Below are positions 50,217 to 59,037 of a stretch of DNA of 64,000 bases, one piece after another. Every line of letters begins with the position of its first letter. Position 1 is the first letter of the stretch. The notes beneath the pieces are model-generated. The model searched no databases and had not been told where the DNA came from. It saw only the letters and a program-made list of their open reading frames with translations. The stretch spans positions 21,074 through 85,073 of the forward strand of contig DASWJT010000008.1 of NCBI GenBank assembly GCA_036397015.1, given 5' to 3'. The position numbers and the translations under genes were made by a program. This DNA comes from Thermoanaerobaculia bacterium (GTDB lineage Bacteria > Acidobacteriota > Thermoanaerobaculia > Multivoradales > JAGPDF01).

Positions 50217-51226
50217 TCCCACACCGTCGACTCGCTCGCCTCGCTTAGCTGCCACTCGACACCGCGCTCGGAGAGGCGCACGAGCGGGCGCTCGCCCTCG
50301 CCGCGGAGGTCGAAGCGGCCCAGCCGACCGGGGTTGCCTCCCGCGTCGAGCTCGCGCAGCGCCCAGCCGCTGCGGCGCGCGTCGACGAAGAGGAGCCCGC
50401 GCCGCGAGCCGTCGCTCTCGAAGGTGGGGAAGAGGGAGCCGGGCTGGGCGACGGGACGGGGGGCGTGGAAGCGGCGACCGTCGAATCGGGCGAGAACGGC
50501 TTGGTACTCGCTGCCGTCGAAGCGGCTCCAGGCGATCAGGGCGCCGCTCGAGTCGGTGACGACCGCCGGCGTGATGTCCGGCACGCGATTGTCGCCACCG
50601 ACGCGAACCGCGCGCGACCACGAGCCCCCGACGCCGAGGCTGGCCCAGATCTCGTCGTCCTCGCCGTCGTAGCCGGCCCAGACGAGGAGCAGCCTGCCGT
50701 CGCCGAGGCGCGCGCCGGCGAGCGCGAGCTGACTGCCGCGGCCGGGCGGGGCAACGCGCTGCGAGGGTCCGAAGCTGGTGCCTGTCCAGGCGGCAAAGCG
50801 GATCTCGAGCCGGCTCCGGTCGTTACCTTCCAGCCAGGCCAGCCCGGCCACCACGGCGGCGTCGCCGAGCACGACCGGACCGTGCCGCCGGAGGCCGGTG
50901 CGGCCGCCGGGCGGTGGAACGACGCTGGCGCCCTGTGCATCGCCGCGGCGCAGCCAGATCTCACTGCCGCCGTCGGCGCTCGGAGCGGTCCCGGCGAGCA
51001 GCCAGCCGCCGTCGAGCCGAGCCAATGCGCCGACGCGCGCCGCGGCCGGAATCGTCGCCGCCGATCGACGGTTGCCGTCCGCGACGACGACGTCTCCGGC
51101 CTCGGCATAGGCGACGAGGGCGACGCCGGCGCGCGCCACGGCGCGCGGCGCGGGGGCTGCCGCGAGCGATGCGGCGGAGCCGACGACCGCGGCCACGAGA
51201 AGGAAGGAAACCGGGAGGCGCGGCAT
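50213..51226 (-). CDS. Secreted hypothetical protein with Asp-box/BNR-like repeats
   Basis: The 337-aa ORF has a signal peptide MPRLPVSFLLVAAVVGSAASLAAA. It has segments such as SADGGSEIW and SLGVGGSWS. Its stop overlaps the downstream SGNH gene start (ATGA). Confidence 0.5.
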   Translation of the reverse strand: MPRLPVSFLLVAAVVGSAASLAAAPAPRAVARAGVALVAYAEAGDVVVADGNRRSAATIPAAARVGALARLDGGWLLAGTAPSADGGSEIWLRRGDAQGASVVPPPGGRTGLRRHGPVVLGDAAVVAGLAWLEGNDRSRLEIRFAAWTGTSFGPSQRVAPPGRGSQLALAGARLGDGRLLLVWAGYDGEDDEIWASLGVGGSWSRAVRVGGDNRVPDITPAVVTDSSGALIAWSRFDGSEYQAVLARFDGRRFHAPRPVAQPGSLFPTFESDGSRRGLLFVDARRSGWALRELDAGGNPGRLGRFDLRGEGERPLVRLSERGVEWQLSEASESTVWE

Positions 51227-51282
51227 CGGTGCCGGGATTATAAGCAGCGGCCGCCCAGGGGCCCAAGGGAAGGGGGAGCGAC

Positions 51283-52563
51283 TTGCTATTCTCGGCTCCC
51301 GTGCGCGCCGCGATCCTCGCGGTCGGTTCCGAGCTCCTCTCGACCGACCGTCTCGACACCAACTCCTTGCGTATCACCGAGTTGCTCGAGCGACACGGGG
51401 TCGAGCTCGTGCGCAAGAGCGTGGTCGGCGACGACGTCGAGGCGATCACGGCGGAAATCCGCGCCTGCGTGGCCGCGGCCGAGCTGGTGGTGGTGGGTGG
51501 CGGGCTCGGTCCGACGGCGGACGACGTGACCCGTGAGGCCTGCGCCGCGGCGCTCGACCGCGAGCTCGCCGAGGAGCCGGAAGTTTGGGCGCTCATCGAG
51601 AAACGTTTCGCCGCTCTCGGGCGAACGCCGTCGGTGAACAATCGACGGCAGGCGCGAGTGCTGGCGGGCGCCACGGTTCTCGCCAACGCCCAAGGGAGCG
51701 CGCCGGGCCAGCGCATCGACCTCGGCGAGGAGCGCGCCCTCTTCCTGCTCCCCGGCGTGCCGTACGAGCTCGATGCGCTGCTCGTCGCCGAGCTCGAGCC
51801 GTGGGTCGCGGCGCGCTCGACCGGCGCCGGGCGAGAGCGGCGGACGCTCAAGACGGCGGCGCGGCCGGAGTCGGAGGTGGACGCCCTACTCGAGCCGGTT
51901 TACGCGGAGTTCGGGCGCGAAGCGCTCACGGTGCTGGCCGGCGCCGGCGAGGTGAGGGTGTGTTTCTGGGCGACGGGCGAGCGCGAGGCTCGGGGGCGGC
52001 GCCTCGAGGCGATCGCCACCGCGGTACGCCGGGCGCTCGGAGACTCGATCTTCGGCGAGGGCGACGAGGCGACGCTCGAGGAGACCGTGGCGCACGCGCT
52101 GGGCGAGCGCCGCCTCTCGCTGGCCACGGCGGAGTCGTGCACCGGAGGTCTCCTCGCCGAGCGGCTGACCCGCGTGCCGGGGGCGAGCGCGTGGTTTCCG
52201 GGCGGCGTCGTCACCTACTCGAACCGCGAGAAGCAGCGGCTCCTCGGCATCGACGCCGAGCTGCTCGCCCGCTTCGGTGCAGTTTCGCAGCCGGTGGCCG
52301 AGGCGATGGCGCAGGCGGTGAGGCGCGAGTTCGGCGTCGACTTCGGGATCGCCATCTCGGGGGTCGCCGGGCCCGACGGCGGCACGGCGGAGAAACCGGT
52401 CGGGACGGTACACGTCGCCCTCGCCGGACCGGGGGAGGAAGTCGCCGATCGGCGCGTGCAGCTGCCGGGCGACCGCGGGCGTATCCGCTGGCTGGCGACG
52501 CAGGTCGCGCTCGAGCTATTGCGCCGGCGACTGTTGAAGATCACGCGGGAGGGCGCGGCGTGA
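51283..52563 (+). CDS. cinA: CinA-family protein (MoCF-binding domain plus nicotinamide-nucleotide amidohydrolase PncC domain)
   Basis: The 426-aa ORF has a TTG start. It contains AILAVGSELL...VVVGGGLGPTADDVT...LATAESCTGGLLA...VVTYSNREK...ISGVAGPDGG. Confidence 0.9.
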   Translation: MLFSAPVRAAILAVGSELLSTDRLDTNSLRITELLERHGVELVRKSVVGDDVEAITAEIRACVAAAELVVVGGGLGPTADDVTREACAAALDRELAEEPEVWALIEKRFAALGRTPSVNNRRQARVLAGATVLANAQGSAPGQRIDLGEERALFLLPGVPYELDALLVAELEPWVAARSTGAGRERRTLKTAARPESEVDALLEPVYAEFGREALTVLAGAGEVRVCFWATGEREARGRRLEAIATAVRRALGDSIFGEGDEATLEETVAHALGERRLSLATAESCTGGLLAERLTRVPGASAWFPGGVVTYSNREKQRLLGIDAELLARFGAVSQPVAEAMAQAVRREFGVDFGIAISGVAGPDGGTAEKPVGTVHVALAGPGEEVADRRVQLPGDRGRIRWLATQVALELLRRRLLKITREGAA

Positions 52564-53120
52564 GATTGTTCGCGGCGATCGAGCTGCCGCAACCGGTGCG
52601 CCGCGCCGTGGCAGCCCAGATCGCGTCGCTGCGCGACGAATTGCCCCCCGCGACGTGGGTGCGAGCCGACAACCTCCACCTGACGCTCGTTTTTTTCGGC
52701 GAGGTGCCCGACGAGCGCGCCGGCGAGCTGGCGGAGGCGCTCGCCGGCGCCGCCTCGGCGTGGGAGCGTCGGCGCCTGCGCCTCTCCGGCGCCGGCGGAT
52801 TCCCGCCGCGCGGCCCGGTACGCGTCGTCTGGCTCGGCGTCGAGCCCGAGCCGTCCCTCGCGGCCCTGGCGCAGAGCCTGCGGCACGCGGCGCGCCGGGC
52901 CTCCTTCGAGTTCGACGACAAACCGTTCCGGAGCCACTTGACGGTGGCGCGCTGCCGGCGACCGTGGCCCGCCCTCCGCCGTGCCGATCTCCTTCGCTTG
53001 CTGCCGCCGGAGGCGATCGATTTCGAGGCCACGCACGCCTCGCTGGTCGCCAGTGAGCTCGCGGCGGGAGGCTCGCGCTATCGGGCGGTGCGGCGCCTGC
53101 CGCTGCGGGAGGTGGCGTGA
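52560..53120 (+). CDS. thpR: RNA 2',3'-cyclic phosphodiesterase (2H family, LigT/ThpR)
   Basis: GTG 52560 overlaps the cinA stop. The product starts VRLFAAIELP and has two HxT/Sx motifs (HLTLVF and HLTVAR). Confidence 0.88.
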   Translation: MRLFAAIELPQPVRRAVAAQIASLRDELPPATWVRADNLHLTLVFFGEVPDERAGELAEALAGAASAWERRRLRLSGAGGFPPRGPVRVVWLGVEPEPSLAALAQSLRHAARRASFEFDDKPFRSHLTVARCRRPWPALRRADLLRLLPPEAIDFEATHASLVASELAAGGSRYRAVRRLPLREVA

Positions 53121-53734
53121 TGCGCTGGCTGCCGCTCCTCGCGGCGTCGTATCTCGTCGGCTCGCTTTCGTTCAGCCTGCTCGTCGTCTGGCTCCTGCGC
53201 CGCGTCGACGTGCGCACCGTCGGCAGCGGCAATCCCGGCGCCACCAACGTGCTGCGCGCCGCCGGGCGCTGGCCGGCGCTCGCCGTGCTCCTGCTCGACA
53301 TCGCCAAGGGCCTCGTGCCGGTGCAGCTCGCCAGGCGGCTGGAGGCGCCGGCGGGCGTGCTCGCCGGCGTCGCGTTTGCCGCCGTGCTCGGTCACGTCTA
53401 TCCGCTCTACTTCGGCTTCCGCGGCGGCAAGGGCGTGGCGACGGGCTTCGGCGCCTTTCTCGCCCTCCTGCCCCTCGCCGCGGGCTGCGGCCTGGCGGTC
53501 TTCCTCGTCACGGCGGCGGTCACCCGCTACGTCTCGCTCGCGTCGCTCGTCGGTGCGGTGTCGGTGCCGATCGCCGCCTGGACTCTGGCCCTGGGCGGCT
53601 GGACCATGCCTCTGTCGCCGCCGACGCTCGTCCTCACGGTCGCCACCGTCGGGCTCATCTTCCTCCGCCATCGGCCGAACCTGCGCCGGCTGGCGGCCGG
53701 CAACGAGCGGCGCCTGGGAGGCGGCGCGTCGTGA
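53117..53734 (+). CDS. plsY: Glycerol-3-phosphate acyltransferase PlsY
   Basis: The 205-aa ORF contains ...YLVGSLSFSLLV...GSGNPGATNVLRA...GHVYPLYFGFRGGKGVAT. Confidence 0.92.
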   Translation: MMRWLPLLAASYLVGSLSFSLLVVWLLRRVDVRTVGSGNPGATNVLRAAGRWPALAVLLLDIAKGLVPVQLARRLEAPAGVLAGVAFAAVLGHVYPLYFGFRGGKGVATGFGAFLALLPLAAGCGLAVFLVTAAVTRYVSLASLVGAVSVPIAAWTLALGGWTMPLSPPTLVLTVATVGLIFLRHRPNLRRLAAGNERRLGGGAS

Positions 53735-54741
53735 CTCCGCTCGGCGTGCTCGGCGCGGGCTCGTTCGGCACGGCGCTCGCCGTCCACGCGTCGCGCGCCG
53801 GCCGCCCGACGGTGCTGTGGGCGCGGCGGCCGCAGGTGGCGCGAGCGCTCGCCGCAGCGCGTGAGAATCGCACCTACCTGGCGGGCGTCGCCTTTCCCTC
53901 CGCCCTCTCCGTGACGGCCGACCTGGCGCCGGTCGCCGCCGCCGAGCCGGTGATCGTGGCGGCGCCCTCGCACGGCTTCCGCGAGGTGCTGCGCGGCTTC
54001 CTCGCAGCGCGCGCCGGCGCGCCGGCGACGATCGTCTCGGCGACCAAGGGCGTCGAGCTCGACACGCTGGCGCGCATGAGCCGCATCGCCGCGGAGGAGG
54101 GCGCGCGAGCGGGCGTCGAGATCGACTTCGCGGTCCTCTCGGGTCCCACTTTCGCGGCCGAGCTGGCGCGCGGCGTGCCCTCGGCGGCGGTGATCGCCAG
54201 CGAGCGGGCCGAGCTGGCGGCGGCGCTTCAAGAGTCGCTCGCCGGGCCGACCTTCCGTCTTTACTCCTCGACCGACGTCGTGGGCGTCGAGCTCGCCGGC
54301 GCGGCCAAGAACGTCATCGCGATCGCCGCCGGCGTGCTCTCCGGCCTCGGCCTCGGCCACAACACGCTCGCCGCCCTGATTACGCGCGGGCTGCACGAAA
54401 TGACGCGCCTGGCGGTCGCCTACGGCGGCGACCTCAAGACGCTCTCCGGACTCGCCGGGCTGGGGGACCTCGTGCTCACCTGCACCGGCGCTCTGTCACG
54501 CAATCGGCGTACCGGCATCGAGCTGGCGCAGGGCAAGACGCTGGCCGAGATCGAGGCCGAGACGAGCGAGATCGCGGAGGGGGTTCGCAATTCCCGGGCG
54601 ATCCGCTGGCTCGCCGAGGAGCGCGGCGTCGAGATGCCGATCATCGAGCAGATGGTCGAGGTGATCTACAGCGGCAAGAGCCCGAAACAGGCGCTTCGCG
54701 ACCTGATGACTCGCGAGCTCAAAGAGGAGTCGCGGCTGTAG
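53731..54741 (+). CDS. gpsA: NAD(P)H-dependent glycerol-3-phosphate dehydrogenase
   Basis: GTG 53731 overlaps the plsY stop (GTGA). It contains GVLGAGSFGTALA, NRTYLAG, GPTFAAE, GAAKNVIAIAAG and SRNRRTG. Confidence 0.93.
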   Translation: MTPLGVLGAGSFGTALAVHASRAGRPTVLWARRPQVARALAAARENRTYLAGVAFPSALSVTADLAPVAAAEPVIVAAPSHGFREVLRGFLAARAGAPATIVSATKGVELDTLARMSRIAAEEGARAGVEIDFAVLSGPTFAAELARGVPSAAVIASERAELAAALQESLAGPTFRLYSSTDVVGVELAGAAKNVIAIAAGVLSGLGLGHNTLAALITRGLHEMTRLAVAYGGDLKTLSGLAGLGDLVLTCTGALSRNRRTGIELAQGKTLAEIEAETSEIAEGVRNSRAIRWLAEERGVEMPIIEQMVEVIYSGKSPKQALRDLMTRELKEESRL

Positions 54742-54811
54742 CCGGCGACGTGCGCGAACGCGACCTCGCCGGCGTTCGGCACTGATAGATTCCCTCGCTG
54801 CGAGCCCCCGA

Positions 54812-56353
54812 ATGCCTCACCACCAGCTCGTCCTCGTCCTCGACTTCGGCTCGCAGTTCACCCAGCTCATCGCGCGGCGGCTGCGCGAGAACCGGGTCTA
54901 CTGCGAGGTGCATCCGTTCGATCTGCCGGTCGCGGAGATCCGCCGGCGGGCGCCGATCGGGGTGATCCTCTCGGGCGGGCCGCAGAGCGTTTACGACGAG
55001 GGCGCGCCGCTTCCCGATCCCGAGCTTCTCGGACTCGGCGTTCCACTGCTCGGCATCTGCTACGGCATGAACGCGGTGGCCCACCTTCTCGGCGGCCGCG
55101 TCGAGCCCAGCCCGCGCCGCGAGTACGGCCGCGCCGACCTCGACATCACGGAGCCGGGCGTCGTCTTCGCGGGCCTCGGTGAGCGCGAGACGGTGTGGAT
55201 GAGCCACGGCGACCACGTCACCTCGCCGCCGCCGGGAGCCGTCGTCACCGCGCGCAGCGAGAACGTCGATGTCGTCGGCTTCGAAGACGCTGCGCGTAGG
55301 CTCTACGGCATCCAGTTCCACCCCGAGGTCAGCCACACGCGCCACGGCGCGGCGATGCTGCACAACTTCCTCTACAAGGCGTGCGGCGCGCGCGGCGACT
55401 GGACGATGGCCGGCTACCTCGAGGAAGCCGCGACCGATCTGCGCGCCCGGGTCGGGGACGACCGGGTGCTCTGCGGCATCTCGGGTGGCGTCGACTCGGC
55501 GGTCACCGCGGCGCTGTTGAAGCGCGCCATCGGCGACCAGCTCGTCTCGGTCTTCGTCGACACCGGCCTGCTGCGCAAGGGGGAGCGCCGCCAGGTCGAG
55601 ATGAGCCTCAGCGAGGGCCTCGAGATCCCGGTCGTCACCGCCGACGCCGCGGCCGAATTCTTCGCCGCCCTCGCCGGAGTCGAGGAGCCGGAGGCCAAGC
55701 GCAAGGCGATCGGCCGCGCCTTCATCGACGTCTTCGAGCGCGAGGCGAAGCAAGTCGCGGGCGTGCGCTACCTGGCGCAGGGGACGCTCTACCCCGACGT
55801 CATCGAGTCGACGAGCGTCAAGGGGCCGTCGGCGGTGATCAAGAGCCACCACAACGTCGGCGGGCTGCCCGAGCGGCTCGGCTTCGAGCTCGTCGAGCCG
55901 CTGCGCTGGCTGTTCAAGGACGAGGTGCGGCAGCTCGGGCGCGAGCTCGGCCTGCCGGAGGAGTTCATCGGCCGCCACCCGTTTCCGGGGCCAGGGCTCG
56001 CGGTGCGCATCCTCGGCGAGGTGACGCCGGAGCGCGTGGCGCTGTTGCAGGCGGCGGACGCCCTCTTCCTCGACGAGCTGCGCGAGGCGGGCTGGTACGA
56101 GAAGGTGTCGCAAGCCTTCGCCGTGCTGCTGCCGGTCAAGGCGGTCGGCGTCATGGGCGATTTCCGCACCTACGAGAACGTCCTCGCGCTGCGCGCCGTC
56201 GAGACGCACGACTTCATGACCGCCGACTGGAGCCACTTGCCGCACGAATTGCTCGGCCGCGTCGCCAACCGCATCGTCAACGAGGTGCGCGGCATCAACC
56301 GCGTCGTCTACGACGTGACCTCGAAGCCCCCCGGCACCATCGAGTGGGAGTGA
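54812..56353 (+). CDS. guaA: GMP synthase (glutamine-hydrolysing)
   Basis: The 513-aa ORF contains LVLDFGSQFTQLIARRLRE, GICYG, FHPEV, the PP-loop SGGVDS, and the C-terminus ...KPPGTIEWE. Confidence 0.96.
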   Translation: MPHHQLVLVLDFGSQFTQLIARRLRENRVYCEVHPFDLPVAEIRRRAPIGVILSGGPQSVYDEGAPLPDPELLGLGVPLLGICYGMNAVAHLLGGRVEPSPRREYGRADLDITEPGVVFAGLGERETVWMSHGDHVTSPPPGAVVTARSENVDVVGFEDAARRLYGIQFHPEVSHTRHGAAMLHNFLYKACGARGDWTMAGYLEEAATDLRARVGDDRVLCGISGGVDSAVTAALLKRAIGDQLVSVFVDTGLLRKGERRQVEMSLSEGLEIPVVTADAAAEFFAALAGVEEPEAKRKAIGRAFIDVFEREAKQVAGVRYLAQGTLYPDVIESTSVKGPSAVIKSHHNVGGLPERLGFELVEPLRWLFKDEVRQLGRELGLPEEFIGRHPFPGPGLAVRILGEVTPERVALLQAADALFLDELREAGWYEKVSQAFAVLLPVKAVGVMGDFRTYENVLALRAVETHDFMTADWSHLPHELLGRVANRIVNEVRGINRVVYDVTSKPPGTIEWE

Positions 56354-56372
56354 CGCGGCGAAGGAGCGGGCG

Positions 56373-56831
56373 CTAGCTCGCGTCCCGCTGCGCCGGCAGG
56401 CCGACGAGAGCGAGCGGCCAACGCGGCGCTACCAGGGTCTCGAGGGTGACCGAGGCGAAAGTGGCGCGCGCCTGCTGATCGATCTCCTCGAAGAGCTGCC
56501 GCAGGCGGCATTCGGCGAACTGGCCGCACTGGCCCTCGCCGCACTCGCCGAGCATGCAGACCGAGCCGGGCTTGGGACCCTCGTAAACCTCGACGATCTC
56601 GAGCAAGGGGATCTCGCCCGCCGGCCGCGCCAGGCGGTAGCCGCCGGCGACGCCGCGCGTGCCGATGGCAATGCCGGCCTTGACCAGCCGCTGGAGGACC
56701 TTGGCGACGACGGTCGGGGGCAGGCGGTAACGCTCGGCGACCTGCGCGGCGGTGACCGCTTCGCCGCCGGGCGCCGAGGCCATCTCGACAGCCGCGTACA
56801 GCGCGTACCGCGTCGAGCGCTGGTAGTTCAT
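56373..56831 (-). CDS. Rrf2-family transcriptional regulator (Cys-rich, BadM/IscR-like)
   Basis: ATG 56831 in ORF 56373..57797 gives MNYQRSTRYALYAAVEMA...VVAKVLQRLVKAGIAIGTRGVAGGYRLAR. A Cys cluster follows: CMLGECGEGQCGQFAEC. Confidence 0.85.
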   Translation of the reverse strand: MNYQRSTRYALYAAVEMASAPGGEAVTAAQVAERYRLPPTVVAKVLQRLVKAGIAIGTRGVAGGYRLARPAGEIPLLEIVEVYEGPKPGSVCMLGECGEGQCGQFAECRLRQLFEEIDQQARATFASVTLETLVAPRWPLALVGLPAQRDAS

Positions 56832-56842
56832 CCCGCTTCCCT

Positions 56843-57733
56843 TCAGGCGGCCCGGCCGGCGGCGAGGTCGAGCCCCAGCGTGGCTAGCTTGCGGGCGCGG
56901 AAGTCGCCCCACAGCGCCGCGCCGTAGGCGCCGGCGAGCGCCGACTCGGCATGGGTGCGCAGCTCGATCGACTTTTTCTGGCCGGCCGCCGCCTCGCGCA
57001 GCGCCGAGAGCAGTCCGACGTCCGCGGCGAGGCCGCCGGTGACGAGGACGACGCCCTCGATTCCCAGACTGGAGAGCAGCTTGACGTAGCGTCCGGCCAT
57101 CGACTGGTGGATGCCGGCGATGATGTTCGGCGCCGAGATGCCGCGCGACACCATGTTGATGACGTCGGTCTCGGCGAGCACGGCGCAGATCGACGAGCAC
57201 GCCTCGGGGGCGTCGGCCTGGAGCGAGAGCGGACCGATCTCGTCGAGGCTGACGCCGAGATAGCGGCAGATGTTCTCGAGAAATTGGCCCGATCCCGAGG
57301 CGCACTGGCTGGTCATGCGGTAGCCGAGCACACGCGAGCGCTCGTCCATCGCCACCGCGCGGCAGTGCAGGGCGCCGATGTCGAGCACGCCGCGCGACTC
57401 GCGGTCGAGGAAGAGCCCGCCGCGGGCGTGCGTCGTCATGCCGTAGAAGTGGCCGGTGCGGAAGCGCACCATCTCGCCCTCGCCGGTGGTGGCGACGTAG
57501 GAGAGCTCCTCGCGGGCCAGGCCGGCCGACGCGATGGCTTCGTCGAAGAGCTCCTCGACGACGCGTTGCGGATCGCGGCGGCGGATGCGCTCGCAGCGCG
57601 TCAGCAGGACGCGCGGCCCGGCGTCGGGGCGGTCGGCGAGCAGCACCAGCTTGATCGCCGCGGTGCCGACGTCGATGCCGGCGACGCGCAGCTCGGCCGC
57701 GGGGGGCTCGGCGATTCTCACCGGCACGCTCAC
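56843..57733 (-). CDS. bcrD: Benzoyl-CoA reductase ATPase subunit D-like (BcrAD/BadFG/HgdC ATPase family)
   Basis: The 296-aa ORF contains GIDVGTAAIK, LDIGALHCRAV, SQCASGSGQFLE, ICAVLAETDV and VLVTGGLAADVG. Its size and position match subunit D of a bcrCBAD-order operon. Confidence 0.75.
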   Translation of the reverse strand: MSVPVRIAEPPAAELRVAGIDVGTAAIKLVLLADRPDAGPRVLLTRCERIRRRDPQRVVEELFDEAIASAGLAREELSYVATTGEGEMVRFRTGHFYGMTTHARGGLFLDRESRGVLDIGALHCRAVAMDERSRVLGYRMTSQCASGSGQFLENICRYLGVSLDEIGPLSLQADAPEACSSICAVLAETDVINMVSRGISAPNIIAGIHQSMAGRYVKLLSSLGIEGVVLVTGGLAADVGLLSALREAAAGQKKSIELRTHAESALAGAYGAALWGDFRARKLATLGLDLAAGRAA

Positions 57734-59037
57734 GCCGCAGCTCCCGGGGCGACACGCTCGGTGTCGCGGCGAGCGAAGAGCGCCGCGCCCAGCGCACCGG
57801 TGTAGATCGAATCGGCCGAGATGTTCATCGTCAGCTCTCCGTAGTTGGTGCGCACGAGCTCGCCGAGGGCGGCGACGGCGGCGGGATTCTTGGCGACGCC
57901 GCCGGTGAAAGTGAACTGATCGTTGACGCCGCCCGAGCGGGCGAGCAGCGACATCGCCCGCAGGATGATGGCGCGGTGCAGCCCGGAGAGGATGTCCTCG
58001 CGCTTCTCGCCGAGCGACAGCCGCTCGCGCAGCTCGGCGCCGGCGAAGACGGTGCAGGTCGAGTTGATGCGCGCCGTGCGCTCGGCCTTGAGCGCCAGCG
58101 GCCCGAGCTGGTGCAGGCCGAGGTTCATCTCGTCGGCGATGTAGCCGAGATAGCGGCCGCAGCCGGCGGCGCAGCGGTCGTTCATCTGGAACGAGGTGAC
58201 GATCCCCTGCTCATCGACCTGGATCGCCTTGGTGTCCTGGCCGCCGATGTCGAGCACCGTGCGGGTGGCCGGGAAGAGGTGATGCGCGCCGAGACCGTGG
58301 CAGAGGATCTCGGAGCGGATCTGGTCCTTCGGGAACGGCAGCGTCGCGCGGCCGTAACCGGTGCCGACCGAGCGCACGACGTCGAGCGGCGCTGTCGTGG
58401 CGCTCTCGACCGCGGCGAGGAGCGTCGCCGGCGGCGCGGGCATCGCGGCGAGCGCCGCGCGCACGAGAGGCGGAAACGAGTCGGCGGCGGAAGGCAGGTT
58501 CTCGACCTCGAGGATGGTGCGGTCGAAGAGGCCGGCCAGCCGGTCGAAGCCGGCTTCACTCCGGCGCGCCGTCTCCTCGGCGAGCGCCAGGTAGCGGCCG
58601 CCGGCGAGATCGCGGAAGAAGTCGCTCCGGCGCCGGCCGCGCGGCGAAAAGAGCTCGGCGGTCTCTCCCTGCATGCGGGCGAGGATGCCGCGCACCGCCG
58701 GCACGACTTCGGCGGCCTCGGCGGCCTCGGCGGCGTGGCCCAGGATGCGCTCGGCGAACAGGTCGAGCAGGCGCCGGTACTGCTGCTCGCGGAAGCGGCG
58801 CTCGAGCTCGCCGAGCAGTTGCCGCCGCTCGCCTTCGCCGATCTCGGCTCTGGCCAAGGCAGCCGCGACGCGGCCGAAGCGGGCGTCGATCAGCGCTTCG
58901 GCGAGGGCCACGTCGCAGGCGACGCCGTAGTTGCTGCGGCTGTTGGTGATGCCGCGACCGAGGATCTCGTCGCCGGCGCCGAGGACGACCGCCTTGGTAG
59001 TGGTGGAGCCGAGGTCGATGCCGACGCAGCCGATCAT
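57730..59037 (-). CDS. bcrA: Benzoyl-CoA reductase ATPase subunit A-like (long BcrAD/BadFG ATPase with helical insert)
   Basis: ATG 59037 in ORF 57730..59928 gives MIGCVGIDLGSTTTKAVV. A roughly 190-aa insert follows, then DIGGQDTKAI, NDRCAAGCGRYL, CTVFAGAE and FTGGVAKNPA. The product is 435 aa. Confidence 0.75.
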   Translation of the reverse strand: MIGCVGIDLGSTTTKAVVLGAGDEILGRGITNSRSNYGVACDVALAEALIDARFGRVAAALARAEIGEGERRQLLGELERRFREQQYRRLLDLFAERILGHAAEAAEAAEVVPAVRGILARMQGETAELFSPRGRRRSDFFRDLAGGRYLALAEETARRSEAGFDRLAGLFDRTILEVENLPSAADSFPPLVRAALAAMPAPPATLLAAVESATTAPLDVVRSVGTGYGRATLPFPKDQIRSEILCHGLGAHHLFPATRTVLDIGGQDTKAIQVDEQGIVTSFQMNDRCAAGCGRYLGYIADEMNLGLHQLGPLALKAERTARINSTCTVFAGAELRERLSLGEKREDILSGLHRAIILRAMSLLARSGGVNDQFTFTGGVAKNPAAVAALGELVRTNYGELTMNISADSIYTGALGAALFARRDTERVAPGAAA

